Positions 38,570 through 47,656 of a stretch of 64,000 nucleotides of DNA are shown piece after piece. Position numbers and translations under genes: made by a program. Source of the DNA: Candidatus Methylacidiphilales bacterium (lineage in GTDB: Bacteria > Verrucomicrobiota > Verrucomicrobiia > Methylacidiphilales > JANWVL01); contig JANWVL010000045.1 in assembly GCA_025056655.1 (NCBI GenBank), positions 48-64,047 of the forward strand, in the 5' to 3' direction. The notes under the pieces are model-generated. The model worked only from the letters and a program-made list of their open reading frames with translations. It was not told the DNA's origin and made no database searches. Position 1 is the first letter of the stretch; every line of letters begins with the position of its first letter.

Positions 38570-39023
38570 GCTAGCTGCCCTCTCATTCGGAAACATTCAA
38601 CACGGAGTTTAGGGTAAAGGCGCTGAGTTTTTTTGGAGATGTCATGGACAAAGAAAGCGAAGAGAAGGTGCTCATCGTTAGAAGGAGTAAAGCGCGGGCG
38701 GGCGGCGTTTTGTGCTGATGGCCGAAAAGGACGACTGGCGAGACGCGAAGGAAGGCGGCAGGGCACCGTGTTTCCTGCTGCGGCTTGAAGTGTGGAATGC
38801 GGAGGCAGGCGATGGTGCAACCTCGCTTTTTGGGGATAACCCAAGCTGTGAGGCGCTGGTGCTTCTCACCGCAGTCCAAAGTTTTGCCGTAGTCCATATT
38901 TTGGAGTGCGACGCAAAACGAATGTGCTGCGCTGCTATGAGATAAAGCGGGAGCGCGCTTGCGCTTGTTCCTGCTGTCCGTAGCGGCGGGGCGTTGTCGC
39001 TTCGCGCTGCACTTCAAAAATGG

Positions 39024-39920
39024 TTAGTTTTCTACTGATGGGATGCGGTCGAGGAGATCTTCGACGGCTTTTTGAACTGGTTTGTTTTCGTAGAGCATGG
39101 CGTAGATTTCGTTGGCGATGGGTTTTTCGCAGTTGGTTAGACGGGGATCGTTGTAGATGGCGCGGGCTGTGGTAACTCCTTCTGCGACGCCGCCCAAGGA
39201 TTGCAGGATTTCAGGGAGGGGTTTTCCTTGGACGAGGAGTTCACCGACGCGAGCGTTGCGGCTGTGGCGGCTGGTGGCCGTGAGGAAGAGGTCACCGATG
39301 CCGCTGAGGCCTCGGAAGGTGTCGAGTTGTCCACCTAGGATGAGGCCGATGCGGGTCATTTCAGCAGAGCTACGGGTGAGTAGGGCGGCGAGGGCGTTTT
39401 CTCCGAGGCCGAGTCCGCGGCAGACACCGCCTGCTATGGCGTAAATGTTTTTGAGAGCGCCGCCGAGCTCGACGCCGATGATGTCGGGGCAACGATAGAT
39501 GCGAAAGAGCGGTTGATGGAGAAGTGTCTGCCAGAATATTGCAGTAGGGGTGTCTTCTGCGGCTAAGGTGGAGGCGGCTGGTAGTCCTTGGGTAATTTCG
39601 TGGGCGAGGTTGGGACCGCTGAGGACGGCAAGGGGGAGGCTATCGGGCCATGTTTCTCGGATGATTTGGGTGACGCGTTTTCCGGTGCCTATTTCAATGC
39701 CTTTGCTGAGGGAGCAAATCGGGGTGTGCGGTGGGGGGAGTTGATTGATTGTGTGGCGTATGTGTTGGACGGGGATTGCGATCATGAGCCCGTCTTGGTC
39801 TGGCCAGGGAGAGAGGTCGTCGTGGTGGCGGAGGTGGACGGTGTGTCCGTTATTTTGGAGTAGGCGTGAGAGGGTGCGTCCCCAAGCTCCAGCACCGAGG
39901 ACGGTGATGGTTTTTTTCAC
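39024..39920 (-). CDS. gpsA: NAD(P)H-dependent glycerol-3-phosphate dehydrogenase
   Basis: This is the C-terminal 298 aa of the 454-aa track ORF. The GTG start at 39920 (VKKTITVLGAGAWG) overlaps the plsY stop as GTGA. GGALKNIYAIAGG is present. Confidence 0.88.
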   Translation of the reverse strand: MKKTITVLGAGAWGRTLSRLLQNNGHTVHLRHHDDLSPWPDQDGLMIAIPVQHIRHTINQLPPPHTPICSLSKGIEIGTGKRVTQIIRETWPDSLPLAVLSGPNLAHEITQGLPAASTLAAEDTPTAIFWQTLLHQPLFRIYRCPDIIGVELGGALKNIYAIAGGVCRGLGLGENALAALLTRSSAEMTRIGLILGGQLDTFRGLSGIGDLFLTATSRHSRNARVGELLVQGKPLPEILQSLGGVAEGVTTARAIYNDPRLTNCEKPIANEIYAMLYENKPVQKAVEDLLDRIPSVEN

Positions 39921-40570
39921 GATGGTTTTTCGGGGCCAGAGGTGAGTGGTTTTTCCTCGCCTGCCCAGAGTCGGGAAATGTTGCTTTTGTGGCGCAGTAG
40001 ACCGAGGCTGCCTGCAACAAGGCTGAAAAAGAGTAAGATGGGTTCGTTTCGATAGGTGAAAAAAGTGGAAAGTGGCAGGGCTATGCAGGCGAGGATAGAG
40101 CCTACTGAGACGATTCGTGTGATTGCAAAGCCGATGAGCCAGCAGCTGAATGCTGCGAGGAAACTCCATGGCATGAGGGCGACTAGGATGCCTGCTGAAG
40201 TCGCTATGCCTTTTCCACCTTTGAAGTCGAGCCAGATTGGGTGGTTGTGGCCGAGGATTAGAGCTATGGCGGCGATGACTGCTAGGGTGTGGTCGTTTAT
40301 TTCGGCTTCGCGGTTCCAAAAGGTGAGTAGGAGAAGGATGGGGAGGTAACCTTTGAGAAAATCTAGGATGAAAACGAGGATGCCCCATTTTTTGCCCATG
40401 ACGCGCCAGACGTTGGTGGCTCCGATGTTTTTGCTGCCGTGGAGGCGGATGTCTATTTTCCAGAGTTTGGCGATGAGGAAGCCGAAGGGGATCGAGCCGA
40501 TGAGGTAGGCTCCGATGAAAATGAAGCTGGTGAAGAAGAGGAGGAACGGGTTTTGAAGGGGGCCTTCCAT
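39917..40570 (-). CDS. plsY: Glycerol-3-phosphate acyltransferase PlsY
   Basis: 217 aa with GSIPFGFLIAK and HGSKNIGATNVWR. Confidence 0.92.
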   Translation of the reverse strand: MEGPLQNPFLLFFTSFIFIGAYLIGSIPFGFLIAKLWKIDIRLHGSKNIGATNVWRVMGKKWGILVFILDFLKGYLPILLLLTFWNREAEINDHTLAVIAAIALILGHNHPIWLDFKGGKGIATSAGILVALMPWSFLAAFSCWLIGFAITRIVSVGSILACIALPLSTFFTYRNEPILLFFSLVAGSLGLLRHKSNISRLWAGEEKPLTSGPEKPS

Positions 40571-40652
40571 GTATGGGAGAGTTTATTTTTTATCTTGTTT
40601 TCGCCAATCATTTTATTTGTAGGATGGGTGTAGTCGTGAGGGAAGAGGGTTA

Positions 40653-42929
40653 ATGAAAGAGACGGATTTGTTTGTAGGGTGGGAGGAGGATGATGAGAGG
40701 CCGCGGATGGGCGAGCGGGGAGGGATGGGGCGGATTGCTCGTGTGGTGCCTGAATCGCACGTGGATGGGGTTTTTGATTACCTTGTGCCGGAGCGGTGGC
40801 GGGGCGAGCTTACGATTGGGGCGAAAGTGCGTGTGAGTCTTGGACGACGGATGGTGTGTGGGTATATTGTGGATTGGGCGGAGGAAGGTGCTTGTGGAAG
40901 ACGCGAAGGATTAAAGGAGATTTCTGGGATAGCGGATTCTGTTTATCATCTGCCGGCAGTGCTGGTGGAGATGGCTCAGTGGATTGCGGAATATTACTGT
41001 GCACCATTGGGAGCGGTGATGCGGTGTGTATTGCCTCAGGTTGTGGCGAACGAGAGAGGGCCGTTGTTGCGGTTGCGCGTGGAACTGGTGCGGTGCTGGG
41101 ATGCGGAGGCAGTGGAAAGAGAGGGGGCTTTACGTTCACCTCAGCAGCGGGCTGCACTCTCATTTTTGAAGGAGCGCGGTGGGGCGGCTTGGATCCATGA
41201 GGCTATCGAGCAGAGCGGCGTGCGAAGAGAGGTGTGGCGGAGATTGGAAAAGAAAGGTTGGGTACGAATTTTTGCTGCTGCCAAGGGGCGAGAGACGTGG
41301 GGGCAGGTCGAGGGGATTCGAGGTGATGGCGTCGAGCTGAATGCAGAGCAACGAGCTGCGTTGCAGGCTGTGTTTGCGGAGGGGAAGCCTGTGCTTTTAT
41401 GGGGCGTGACGGGGAGCGGAAAGACGGAGGTGTATTGCGAGGCGATTCGGAGGGTGCTCGAGGCGGGACAAAGCGCGTTAGTGCTTGTGCCTGAGGTGGG
41501 ATTGACGCCGCAGATCATGGCTAGATTTCAGCAGCGGCTTTGGGAGTGGCGTGAGAGTCTGGCCGTGTGGCATAGTTATATGAGCGATGGGGAACGGTAT
41601 GATGCTTGGTTGCGCATCAAGCGCGGGATAGCGAGGATAGTGGTCGGTGCGCGATCTGCGATTTTTGCGCCGATGAAAGATTTGGGGTTGATTGTGGTAG
41701 ATGAGGAGCATGAGCAGAGCTACAAAAACGAGGAGTGTCCGAATTATCATGCAAGGGATTTAGCTGTGTGGAGGGGAAAGCGGGAGAGAGCAAGGGTGGT
41801 CTTGGGATCGGCTACCCCATCGCTCGAGTCTTGGTATAACGCACAGCGAGGAAAATATCGTCTTGTTGAGTTAAAGAAGCGCTTCGGCGGCCAGGCGTTG
41901 CCTGTAGTGCATGTATTGGATCAAAGAAGGACTAAGGGGGCTTTGATTCATCCGATGCTGAAAACTGCTGTGGAGGAGACTATAAAACGCGGGGAGCAGG
42001 TGATATTGTTGTTGAATCGTCGCGGGTATGCGCCGGTTTTACAGTGTGAAGATTGTGGAGAGGTAGTGATGTGCCCGCACTGCAGTGTGGCCTTGAACTA
42101 TCATCGAGCGAGGGAAAAACTGGTGTGTCATTTGTGCGATCATCAGGAGGAGCGGCCTCCTGCATGCAGAGCTTGTGGAAGCGTGAAGTTGCGACTTGCT
42201 GGGGCTGGGACGCAGCGGTTGGAAGAGGCGATTGGGAATCTGTTTCCTGCGGCGAGAATTCGACGTGTGGATGCTGATAGCATGCGTCGTAAAGGAGCAT
42301 TTCAGCATGCCTTAAGAGCTATGGAGGGCGGTGAGGTAGACATTTTATTGGGAACGCAAATGATTGCAAAGGGGTTGCATTTTCCCCAGGTATCCTGCGT
42401 CGGGGTAATACACGCGGACCAAGCGCTTCACATGCCGGATTTCCGAGCCGCTGAGCGTGTGTTTCAATTGATCACACAAGTGGCAGGACGAAGTGGCCGA
42501 AGTGATCGCTTAGGGGAAGTCTATGTGCAAACTAACACTCCGTATCATTCTGCGATTCAGTTGGCACGGCATCATGACTATAGGGGATTTGTGGAGGAGG
42601 AGCTAGAATTCCGACGTGCATTGAATTATCCGCCGTGGACGAGAGCGGTGTTGATAACATTTAGTGGCCCTGTCGAAGAGAAGACGCGATGGGTTGCAGA
42701 GCAGATTAATTTGAGGTTGAGGGAAAGGCTAGTGAAATGCGCCGTTGTGCCAGAGGCTCCTAGCCCAGCTCCAATTCACAAGGTGAAGGATCGATATAGG
42801 TATCATATTTTTATCAAGACTCAGCAAGTTAGGCAGACCGCTAGGGAGTTGCGCGATGTGCTGTCGGGTCAGACTTGGCCTGACGGTATACGATGCACTG
42901 TGGATGTCGATCCGTATGATTTGTTGTGA
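40653..42929 (+). CDS. priA: Primosomal protein N' (replication restart helicase)
   Basis: 758 aa with Walker A GVTGSGKTEVY and DEEH box VVDEEHEQSY. The zinc-binding cysteine cluster is CEDCGEVVMCPHC...CHLC...CRACGS. Confidence 0.93.
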   Translation: MKETDLFVGWEEDDERPRMGERGGMGRIARVVPESHVDGVFDYLVPERWRGELTIGAKVRVSLGRRMVCGYIVDWAEEGACGRREGLKEISGIADSVYHLPAVLVEMAQWIAEYYCAPLGAVMRCVLPQVVANERGPLLRLRVELVRCWDAEAVEREGALRSPQQRAALSFLKERGGAAWIHEAIEQSGVRREVWRRLEKKGWVRIFAAAKGRETWGQVEGIRGDGVELNAEQRAALQAVFAEGKPVLLWGVTGSGKTEVYCEAIRRVLEAGQSALVLVPEVGLTPQIMARFQQRLWEWRESLAVWHSYMSDGERYDAWLRIKRGIARIVVGARSAIFAPMKDLGLIVVDEEHEQSYKNEECPNYHARDLAVWRGKRERARVVLGSATPSLESWYNAQRGKYRLVELKKRFGGQALPVVHVLDQRRTKGALIHPMLKTAVEETIKRGEQVILLLNRRGYAPVLQCEDCGEVVMCPHCSVALNYHRAREKLVCHLCDHQEERPPACRACGSVKLRLAGAGTQRLEEAIGNLFPAARIRRVDADSMRRKGAFQHALRAMEGGEVDILLGTQMIAKGLHFPQVSCVGVIHADQALHMPDFRAAERVFQLITQVAGRSGRSDRLGEVYVQTNTPYHSAIQLARHHDYRGFVEEELEFRRALNYPPWTRAVLITFSGPVEEKTRWVAEQINLRLRERLVKCAVVPEAPSPAPIHKVKDRYRYHIFIKTQQVRQTARELRDVLSGQTWPDGIRCTVDVDPYDLL

Positions 42930-42937
42930 ATGGAGGC

Positions 42938-43960
42938 CTACGGTATGTTGGAGATGGCGGAGCCTTTGTCTTCCCCTGCAATGCTGGAACGCATTTGTGT
43001 ATCGGCTTGGATATTCTTTATGCGATAGTAGTCCATAAGGCCGAGATTGCCTTTTCGGAAGGCTTCTGCGATGGCTAGGGGGACCTGAGCTTCTGCTTCG
43101 ACTACCTTGGCACGCATTTCTTGGACGCGGGCTTTCATTTCTTGCTCGAGCGCTACGGCTGCTGCACGGCGAACTTCAGCTTTAGCTTGAGCCACGCGCT
43201 TGTCGGCTTCAGCTTGCTCGGCTTGGAGCTTAGCACCGACGTTATCTCCGACGTCAACATCGGCTATGTCTATTGAAAGGATTTCGAAAGCTGTGCCAGC
43301 GTCGAGACCTTTTGCGAGAACTGTTTTAGAGATGCGGTCGGGGTTCTCTAGCACTTCCTTGTAGCTATCGGCAGAACCGATGGTGCTGACGATGCCTTCT
43401 CCGACTCGCGCGATGATAGTTTCCTCTGTGGCACCGCCGACGAAACGGTCGAGATTGGTACGGACGGTCACGCGGGCTTTGGCTCGGACTCCGATGCCGT
43501 CTTTGGCCACGCCATCAATGCTGGTTTTCCCAGATGCGGGGTTGGGACAGTCTATGACTTTGGGGTTGACTGATGTGCGGACGGCTTCGAATACAGTCTT
43601 ACCTGAGCCTATGGTGGCTAGGTCAATCGCGCAGCAACGATTAAACGTGAGAGGAATCCCGGCTTTATCAGCTGCGATCATCGCGCGGACGACCGCTTCA
43701 ACATTGCCGCCGGCGAGGAAATGCGTTTCGAGTTGAGCTGCGCTGATGTCAAGACCCGATCGAACTGCAGTAATGCGATTGTTTACGATTAAAGCTGGCG
43801 GAATCCCGCGCAACCGCATGAAGACTATCTCGTGGAGCCCTACGGGGGCCCCTGAAATGATGGAGCGGATCCAAATGTTGGCGAAGTTAAAGAGGATAAT
43901 AATGAAAATCAGCCCAATCAGGGCTAAACCGCCAAAGAGGATGAGTTCGACTACTTGCAT
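42938..43960 (-). CDS. floA: Flotillin-like protein FloA (SPFH domain, UPF0365)
   Basis: 340 aa with an N-terminal TM and [26 protein letters not shown]. It is paired with the upstream nfeD, as in known floA operons. Confidence 0.88.
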   Translation of the reverse strand: MQVVELILFGGLALIGLIFIIILFNFANIWIRSIISGAPVGLHEIVFMRLRGIPPALIVNNRITAVRSGLDISAAQLETHFLAGGNVEAVVRAMIAADKAGIPLTFNRCCAIDLATIGSGKTVFEAVRTSVNPKVIDCPNPASGKTSIDGVAKDGIGVRAKARVTVRTNLDRFVGGATEETIIARVGEGIVSTIGSADSYKEVLENPDRISKTVLAKGLDAGTAFEILSIDIADVDVGDNVGAKLQAEQAEADKRVAQAKAEVRRAAAVALEQEMKARVQEMRAKVVEAEAQVPLAIAEAFRKGNLGLMDYYRIKNIQADTQMRSSIAGEDKGSAISNIP

Positions 43961-44004
43961 AGCTTAGAAATGATGGGGGGAAGATAGCTAGCCACAAGCG
44001 AAAA

Positions 44005-45471
44005 TCAAATCTTAGTGACGATAAGCTTCGTCCCTTCCACCGCGACTACTCGTACGGAGGATCCTTTTTCAATAAAGTCCCCTTGGGTGATCACATCCTT
44101 ACGTTGCCCGTCGAATACTGCAACTCCTGCGGGACGCAGCGGGGTGATTGCTTGGCCAGTCATGCCAAGAAGCGAGGGTTGTTTTTCTCCCATGCCCTTT
44201 ATTTTTTCTGAAGCACCTTGATCGTAGCCCGCTCCGCTGAATGTGGCACGTTCTAGATTTTGAAATAATATACGTTTCGGAAAGTATCGCGCAATCAGTA
44301 GCACTGCCAGCGTCGTCAACCCAAACGCTTGAAAAAGCGTGTAAAAAGGCAATCGCAAATTCTGCACTGTCGGCCAGCTTATTCCCTCAAGACTCGGATA
44401 TAAATCTGCCATAGAGTAAATAACGGCACCGACCACTAAGACAATTCCGACTAGCCCTGGTAATATGAGTCCGGGGAAAACTAAAAACTCGAGCAAAATC
44501 AATGCGACCCCCAGGAAAAATAACACAAGTGGCTCATATCCACTCAAGCCCGCAACCATGTGGCCAAAGAAAAAGATAACTGCACAAATCACAGCAAGTG
44601 TTCCAAAAATCCCAAACCCTGGAGTTTTAAACTCAATATACCCTAGGATAAACGCCAGACTGAGCAGCACTGGCGCCATCATCGTGACTAGGCGACCGAG
44701 TTGTTCAAACCCGGTGGGCTTAAATGTAACAACCCGATACCCTTCCAAGCTCAAATCTTTCGCCACTTTAGCTATCATTGCATCAAGATTTTCCACCACT
44801 CCGCTTGCAAGTAAGGGTCTCCCTCCTACGACTTCGCAAGCTTCAGTAGCAGTCAAGGTCAGGACTTTGCCTTTAGGCACTATTTCTTTGCCATCGATAA
44901 TAAGCCCTTGATCCCGATCGACCATCGCATCAAAAACCTCTGGGCGGTGGCCGTTCTTTTCAGCAATGGCACGAACCTGTGCCCTCACAGCTGAGCTGAT
45001 TTTTTCTTCATAGCTCTTTGGAAGCCCTTCAGCATTGCCTCCAGGACTGATCATCACTGGTGTAGCGGCTCCGATGACTGCTGTCGGGCTCATGTAGATG
45101 TTGGGCGTCGCCGCGGCTATAAATGCTCCGGCAGAAAATGCCTTCGAGTCCACATACGTATATAATCGCTCCCTCGGTGCAAATCGCTCCAACACTTTGA
45201 TAATTTCTTCAAGGGAATCAAGACGTCCTCCGTTGGTTTCCATGTGGATAATCAACGCGACAGCTCTGTTTTCCATGGCTTCTTTTACACCGCGACGCAC
45301 TTTATAGACCATGGTCTGTTCGATATCGTCGCGTATGGGTAAAACGTATAAGACCGCTTCTTTCGCAGGGTTTTGGGTTCCCTCTGCGGGAGCCGCCCAA
45401 ATCCATTCGTTTAGTAACAGTAGGAATAGCCCGGCCGAAAATAACAGACGAGGCAAACACAAGCACTTCAT
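44005..45471 (-). CDS. NfeD family membrane-bound ClpP-class serine protease
   Basis: 488 aa with a signal peptide and a ClpP-like N-domain (SKAFSAGAFIA). It also has four to five TM helices and a C-terminal NfeD OB-fold (GDFIEKGSSVRVVAVEGTKLIV). Confidence 0.85.
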   Translation of the reverse strand: MKCLCLPRLLFSAGLFLLLLNEWIWAAPAEGTQNPAKEAVLYVLPIRDDIEQTMVYKVRRGVKEAMENRAVALIIHMETNGGRLDSLEEIIKVLERFAPRERLYTYVDSKAFSAGAFIAAATPNIYMSPTAVIGAATPVMISPGGNAEGLPKSYEEKISSAVRAQVRAIAEKNGHRPEVFDAMVDRDQGLIIDGKEIVPKGKVLTLTATEACEVVGGRPLLASGVVENLDAMIAKVAKDLSLEGYRVVTFKPTGFEQLGRLVTMMAPVLLSLAFILGYIEFKTPGFGIFGTLAVICAVIFFFGHMVAGLSGYEPLVLFFLGVALILLEFLVFPGLILPGLVGIVLVVGAVIYSMADLYPSLEGISWPTVQNLRLPFYTLFQAFGLTTLAVLLIARYFPKRILFQNLERATFSGAGYDQGASEKIKGMGEKQPSLLGMTGQAITPLRPAGVAVFDGQRKDVITQGDFIEKGSSVRVVAVEGTKLIVTKI

Positions 45472-45580
45472 ATTTTTAATTTTTCCTTGCCAAAAACTTA
45501 TTCATCCTGCCACAACTTTCTTAGGTCACAATTCGCAAAAACCCAATCATTAGTCACGCACACGATGATCCACACCCACA

Positions 45581-45652
45581 TGGGCAGTGAGGGGTTTGAA
45601 CCCCCGACCCCCTCGGTGTAAACGAGGTGCTCTACCGCTGAGCTAACTGCCC
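45581..45652 (-). tRNA. tRNA-Val (anticodon UAC); CCA not encoded
   Basis: Minus strand folds as GGGCAGT TA GCTC AGCGGTA GAGC A CCTCG TTTACAC CGAGG GGGTC GGGGG TTCAAAC CCCTC ACTGCCC A. The acceptor stem has 7 perfect base pairs. The anticodon loop is UU-UAC-AC. Confidence 0.9.
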
Positions 45653-45806
45653 CAATGCCGCAAAACTATCCACCTCACGCCAAAAAACAACAAGCTTTTT
45701 TCCTCTTGCCCCATCAAATTCCCCGCAAAATTAAGTTGGAGTCTTGGCAGAGTTATCCTAAGTTCATCAAAAAACCAGTATTTCTTCTTTGGGAATTTTG
45801 CCCAGA

Positions 45807-47066
45807 ATGAGCTCAGCATCCAAACCCCCATCCAGCGGTGTCTTAAATGAAAGTTGGCGCTACAACATAGCCGAATACGCCATCCGCATTACGCTACCCA
45901 CCCTCACTCTCGTTGGGTTGTGCTTTTGGTGGACACCTTGGCCTTCAGCCGAAATCCGACAGATTTTAGCACTCCTGCTGAGTCTCGGCATGACAGCTCC
46001 AATCATTCTAGCAGCTTTCTGGCTACACACTTATACGTGGATACGCGACTTGATACCGCTGCTATCGCTATCCGTTGGTTTGTTTTCCCTAAAAATTCCC
46101 ATATCCCTTGCCGAACATCTTTGGATTGGGATTGCGGCAATCTGGTTAATCTTGGAAAATATATTACACCGATACGCTCAACAGTCTCATGCTCCAATCC
46201 GCACGCTACTGGCCAATCTCGCTACCCAAGGCCTGCGTATCCTCACTGTTTTTGCCCTTTATACTGCCATCCTCCCTTCTGAGACACTTCACTTTTCCTC
46301 ACTTCATTCTTCTCTTGACTCTATACAAGTCGAAACTGGCTCTCTATTTCTCATCGCTGCATTATTCACGATCATGCTAAGTCTCATCCTACATCAGACG
46401 CTCGTTGCCTACCGTGCCGCACGCCTAAAAAGCATCGGACAGACATTGGAAAATCTTACCTCATGGAGCTTGGATACCCACATCATACGCTCTGCAATCA
46501 AACAATCCGATGATTTACCCCACACTATGCAGCCCACCACGAAAACAATCATGATGGGAGACATCCGTGGATTCACATCCTTCTGCGAACGCACACCCAC
46601 GGAGACAGTCGTCTCGATATTGGAAAAAAGTTACACCATCATCGAAGATACCGTAGCCGAATTCGGCGGTGCTAAGTGTGAATTCATCGCCGACGCCTTC
46701 TTAACCTCTTTTACTAAGCCCAGCGCCGCGATAGACTGCGCTCTAGAACTCTCTCGAAAAATCCACACCGTCCTCGCCCCATATCAACTCGGAATGGGCA
46801 TCGGCATCACCCATGGACCTGTCCTCGAGGGCATAGTCGGAGGCCAAAACTCTAAAAAATACACCCTCATAGGACATACCGTGAATGCTGCAGCTAGAAT
46901 TCAAGGTGAAGCTGAAGCCGGCGAGATCCTCGCTACAGAAGAGGTAATCCGAACTGCCAAATCTACCCAACTTTTTCAACCCCTCGGCGAACTTCAGCTC
47001 AAAGGAATCACCCATCCACTAAAAGTCTACTCAGCGCGTATTTACACTGCATCTCAATCCAGCTAG
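45807..47066 (+). CDS. Membrane-anchored class III nucleotidyl (adenylate/guanylate) cyclase
   Basis: N-terminal ~220 aa with about six TM helices. The C-terminal cyclase homology domain has MMGDIRGFTSF, EFIADAF and IGHTVNAAARIQ. The track ORF starts at TTG 45789; ATG 45807 is more likely. Confidence 0.85.
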   Translation: MSSASKPPSSGVLNESWRYNIAEYAIRITLPTLTLVGLCFWWTPWPSAEIRQILALLLSLGMTAPIILAAFWLHTYTWIRDLIPLLSLSVGLFSLKIPISLAEHLWIGIAAIWLILENILHRYAQQSHAPIRTLLANLATQGLRILTVFALYTAILPSETLHFSSLHSSLDSIQVETGSLFLIAALFTIMLSLILHQTLVAYRAARLKSIGQTLENLTSWSLDTHIIRSAIKQSDDLPHTMQPTTKTIMMGDIRGFTSFCERTPTETVVSILEKSYTIIEDTVAEFGGAKCEFIADAFLTSFTKPSAAIDCALELSRKIHTVLAPYQLGMGIGITHGPVLEGIVGGQNSKKYTLIGHTVNAAARIQGEAEAGEILATEEVIRTAKSTQLFQPLGELQLKGITHPLKVYSARIYTASQSS

Positions 47067-47073
47067 ACTGAAT

Positions 47074-47595
47074 ATGAACTCAGACACCTGGGAATTCTCC
47101 TTCGAAAATGCTCGCATCATCATCCCTCCTAAAAAAAACATAGCCACCTTTAGCGACACCTTCCTCCACTACACCATTCTGACCACCGACATGGATAACC
47201 CTAACCTCACCCATCGTCGCGATGGTATCCTCACAGCAGAAAAACCTCAAATCCTCTCGCCCCACCACTTTGCCACTATACTATTGCAGGGATTTGGCCC
47301 AGAAGCACAAGAGTTCGTACAATCCATCCGACAAGCCCTTGCCCAATCCATCATCCTTAAATATGGTTTTATCATAAAAAAGACAGACACTCATTCCCAA
47401 CTAATCCGCGAGCCCATCGATTCATGTCTACCCAAAATTCAAGCCGAGATACAAAAACTCGATGACCCCCTTCACACCCTACTTTCCGGACTGGAAGAAG
47501 GCTGGGAAATCATCCTAATTAAATTCACCCTATTTTATATCCACCATTCCACTCAGCATAACATACAAAATTTCCAACAAAGAGGCTTGCTATAA
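47074..47595 (+). CDS. Hypothetical protein (173 aa), probably co-transcribed with the cyclase
   Basis: The ORF begins 8 bp after the cyclase stop on the same strand. It has no recognisable motifs and no TM segment. Confidence 0.5.
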   Translation: MNSDTWEFSFENARIIIPPKKNIATFSDTFLHYTILTTDMDNPNLTHRRDGILTAEKPQILSPHHFATILLQGFGPEAQEFVQSIRQALAQSIILKYGFIIKKTDTHSQLIREPIDSCLPKIQAEIQKLDDPLHTLLSGLEEGWEIILIKFTLFYIHHSTQHNIQNFQQRGLL

Positions 47596-47656
47596 AAAAC
47601 AAAATCGCTAGCCTGCGGCCAACTATTCACATCTGCCTGAGCAACCCCACATCAGT

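Noticed and set aside
38712-38945. 77-aa GTG-initiated ORF and 144/97/63-aa minus-strand ORFs in the gpsA-sdhC gap as annotated genes
   Set aside because: They have no recognisable family, mutually overlapping frames, and composition matching the local bias. They are kept only as a question in the findings and not called as CDS.
39024-40388. 454-aa ORF extending gpsA upstream
   Set aside because: The N-terminal ~155 aa are Pro/His/Arg-rich and overlap the well-supported plsY frame. GpsA starts at GTG 39920 (VKKTITVLGAGAWG), overlapping the plsY stop.
40796-42308. Multiple 63-134-aa ORFs on both strands inside priA
   Set aside because: All lie within the intact 758-aa PriA frame (Walker A, DEEH and Zn-Cys cluster present) and have biased composition.
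42930-45800. Replication origin or terminus at the G-rich to C-rich switch
   Set aside because: There is no dnaA, dnaN or parAB gene, no cluster of TTATCCACA-like DnaA boxes, and no recognisable dif-like site. Only one imperfect CTATCCACC occurs, near 45668. With about five sign changes in 64 kb, a single ori/ter cannot explain the pattern.
45643-45831. 62-aa ORF overlapping the tRNA-Val 5' end
   Set aside because: It overlaps a well-folding tRNA gene and its promoter region, and has no protein-like features.
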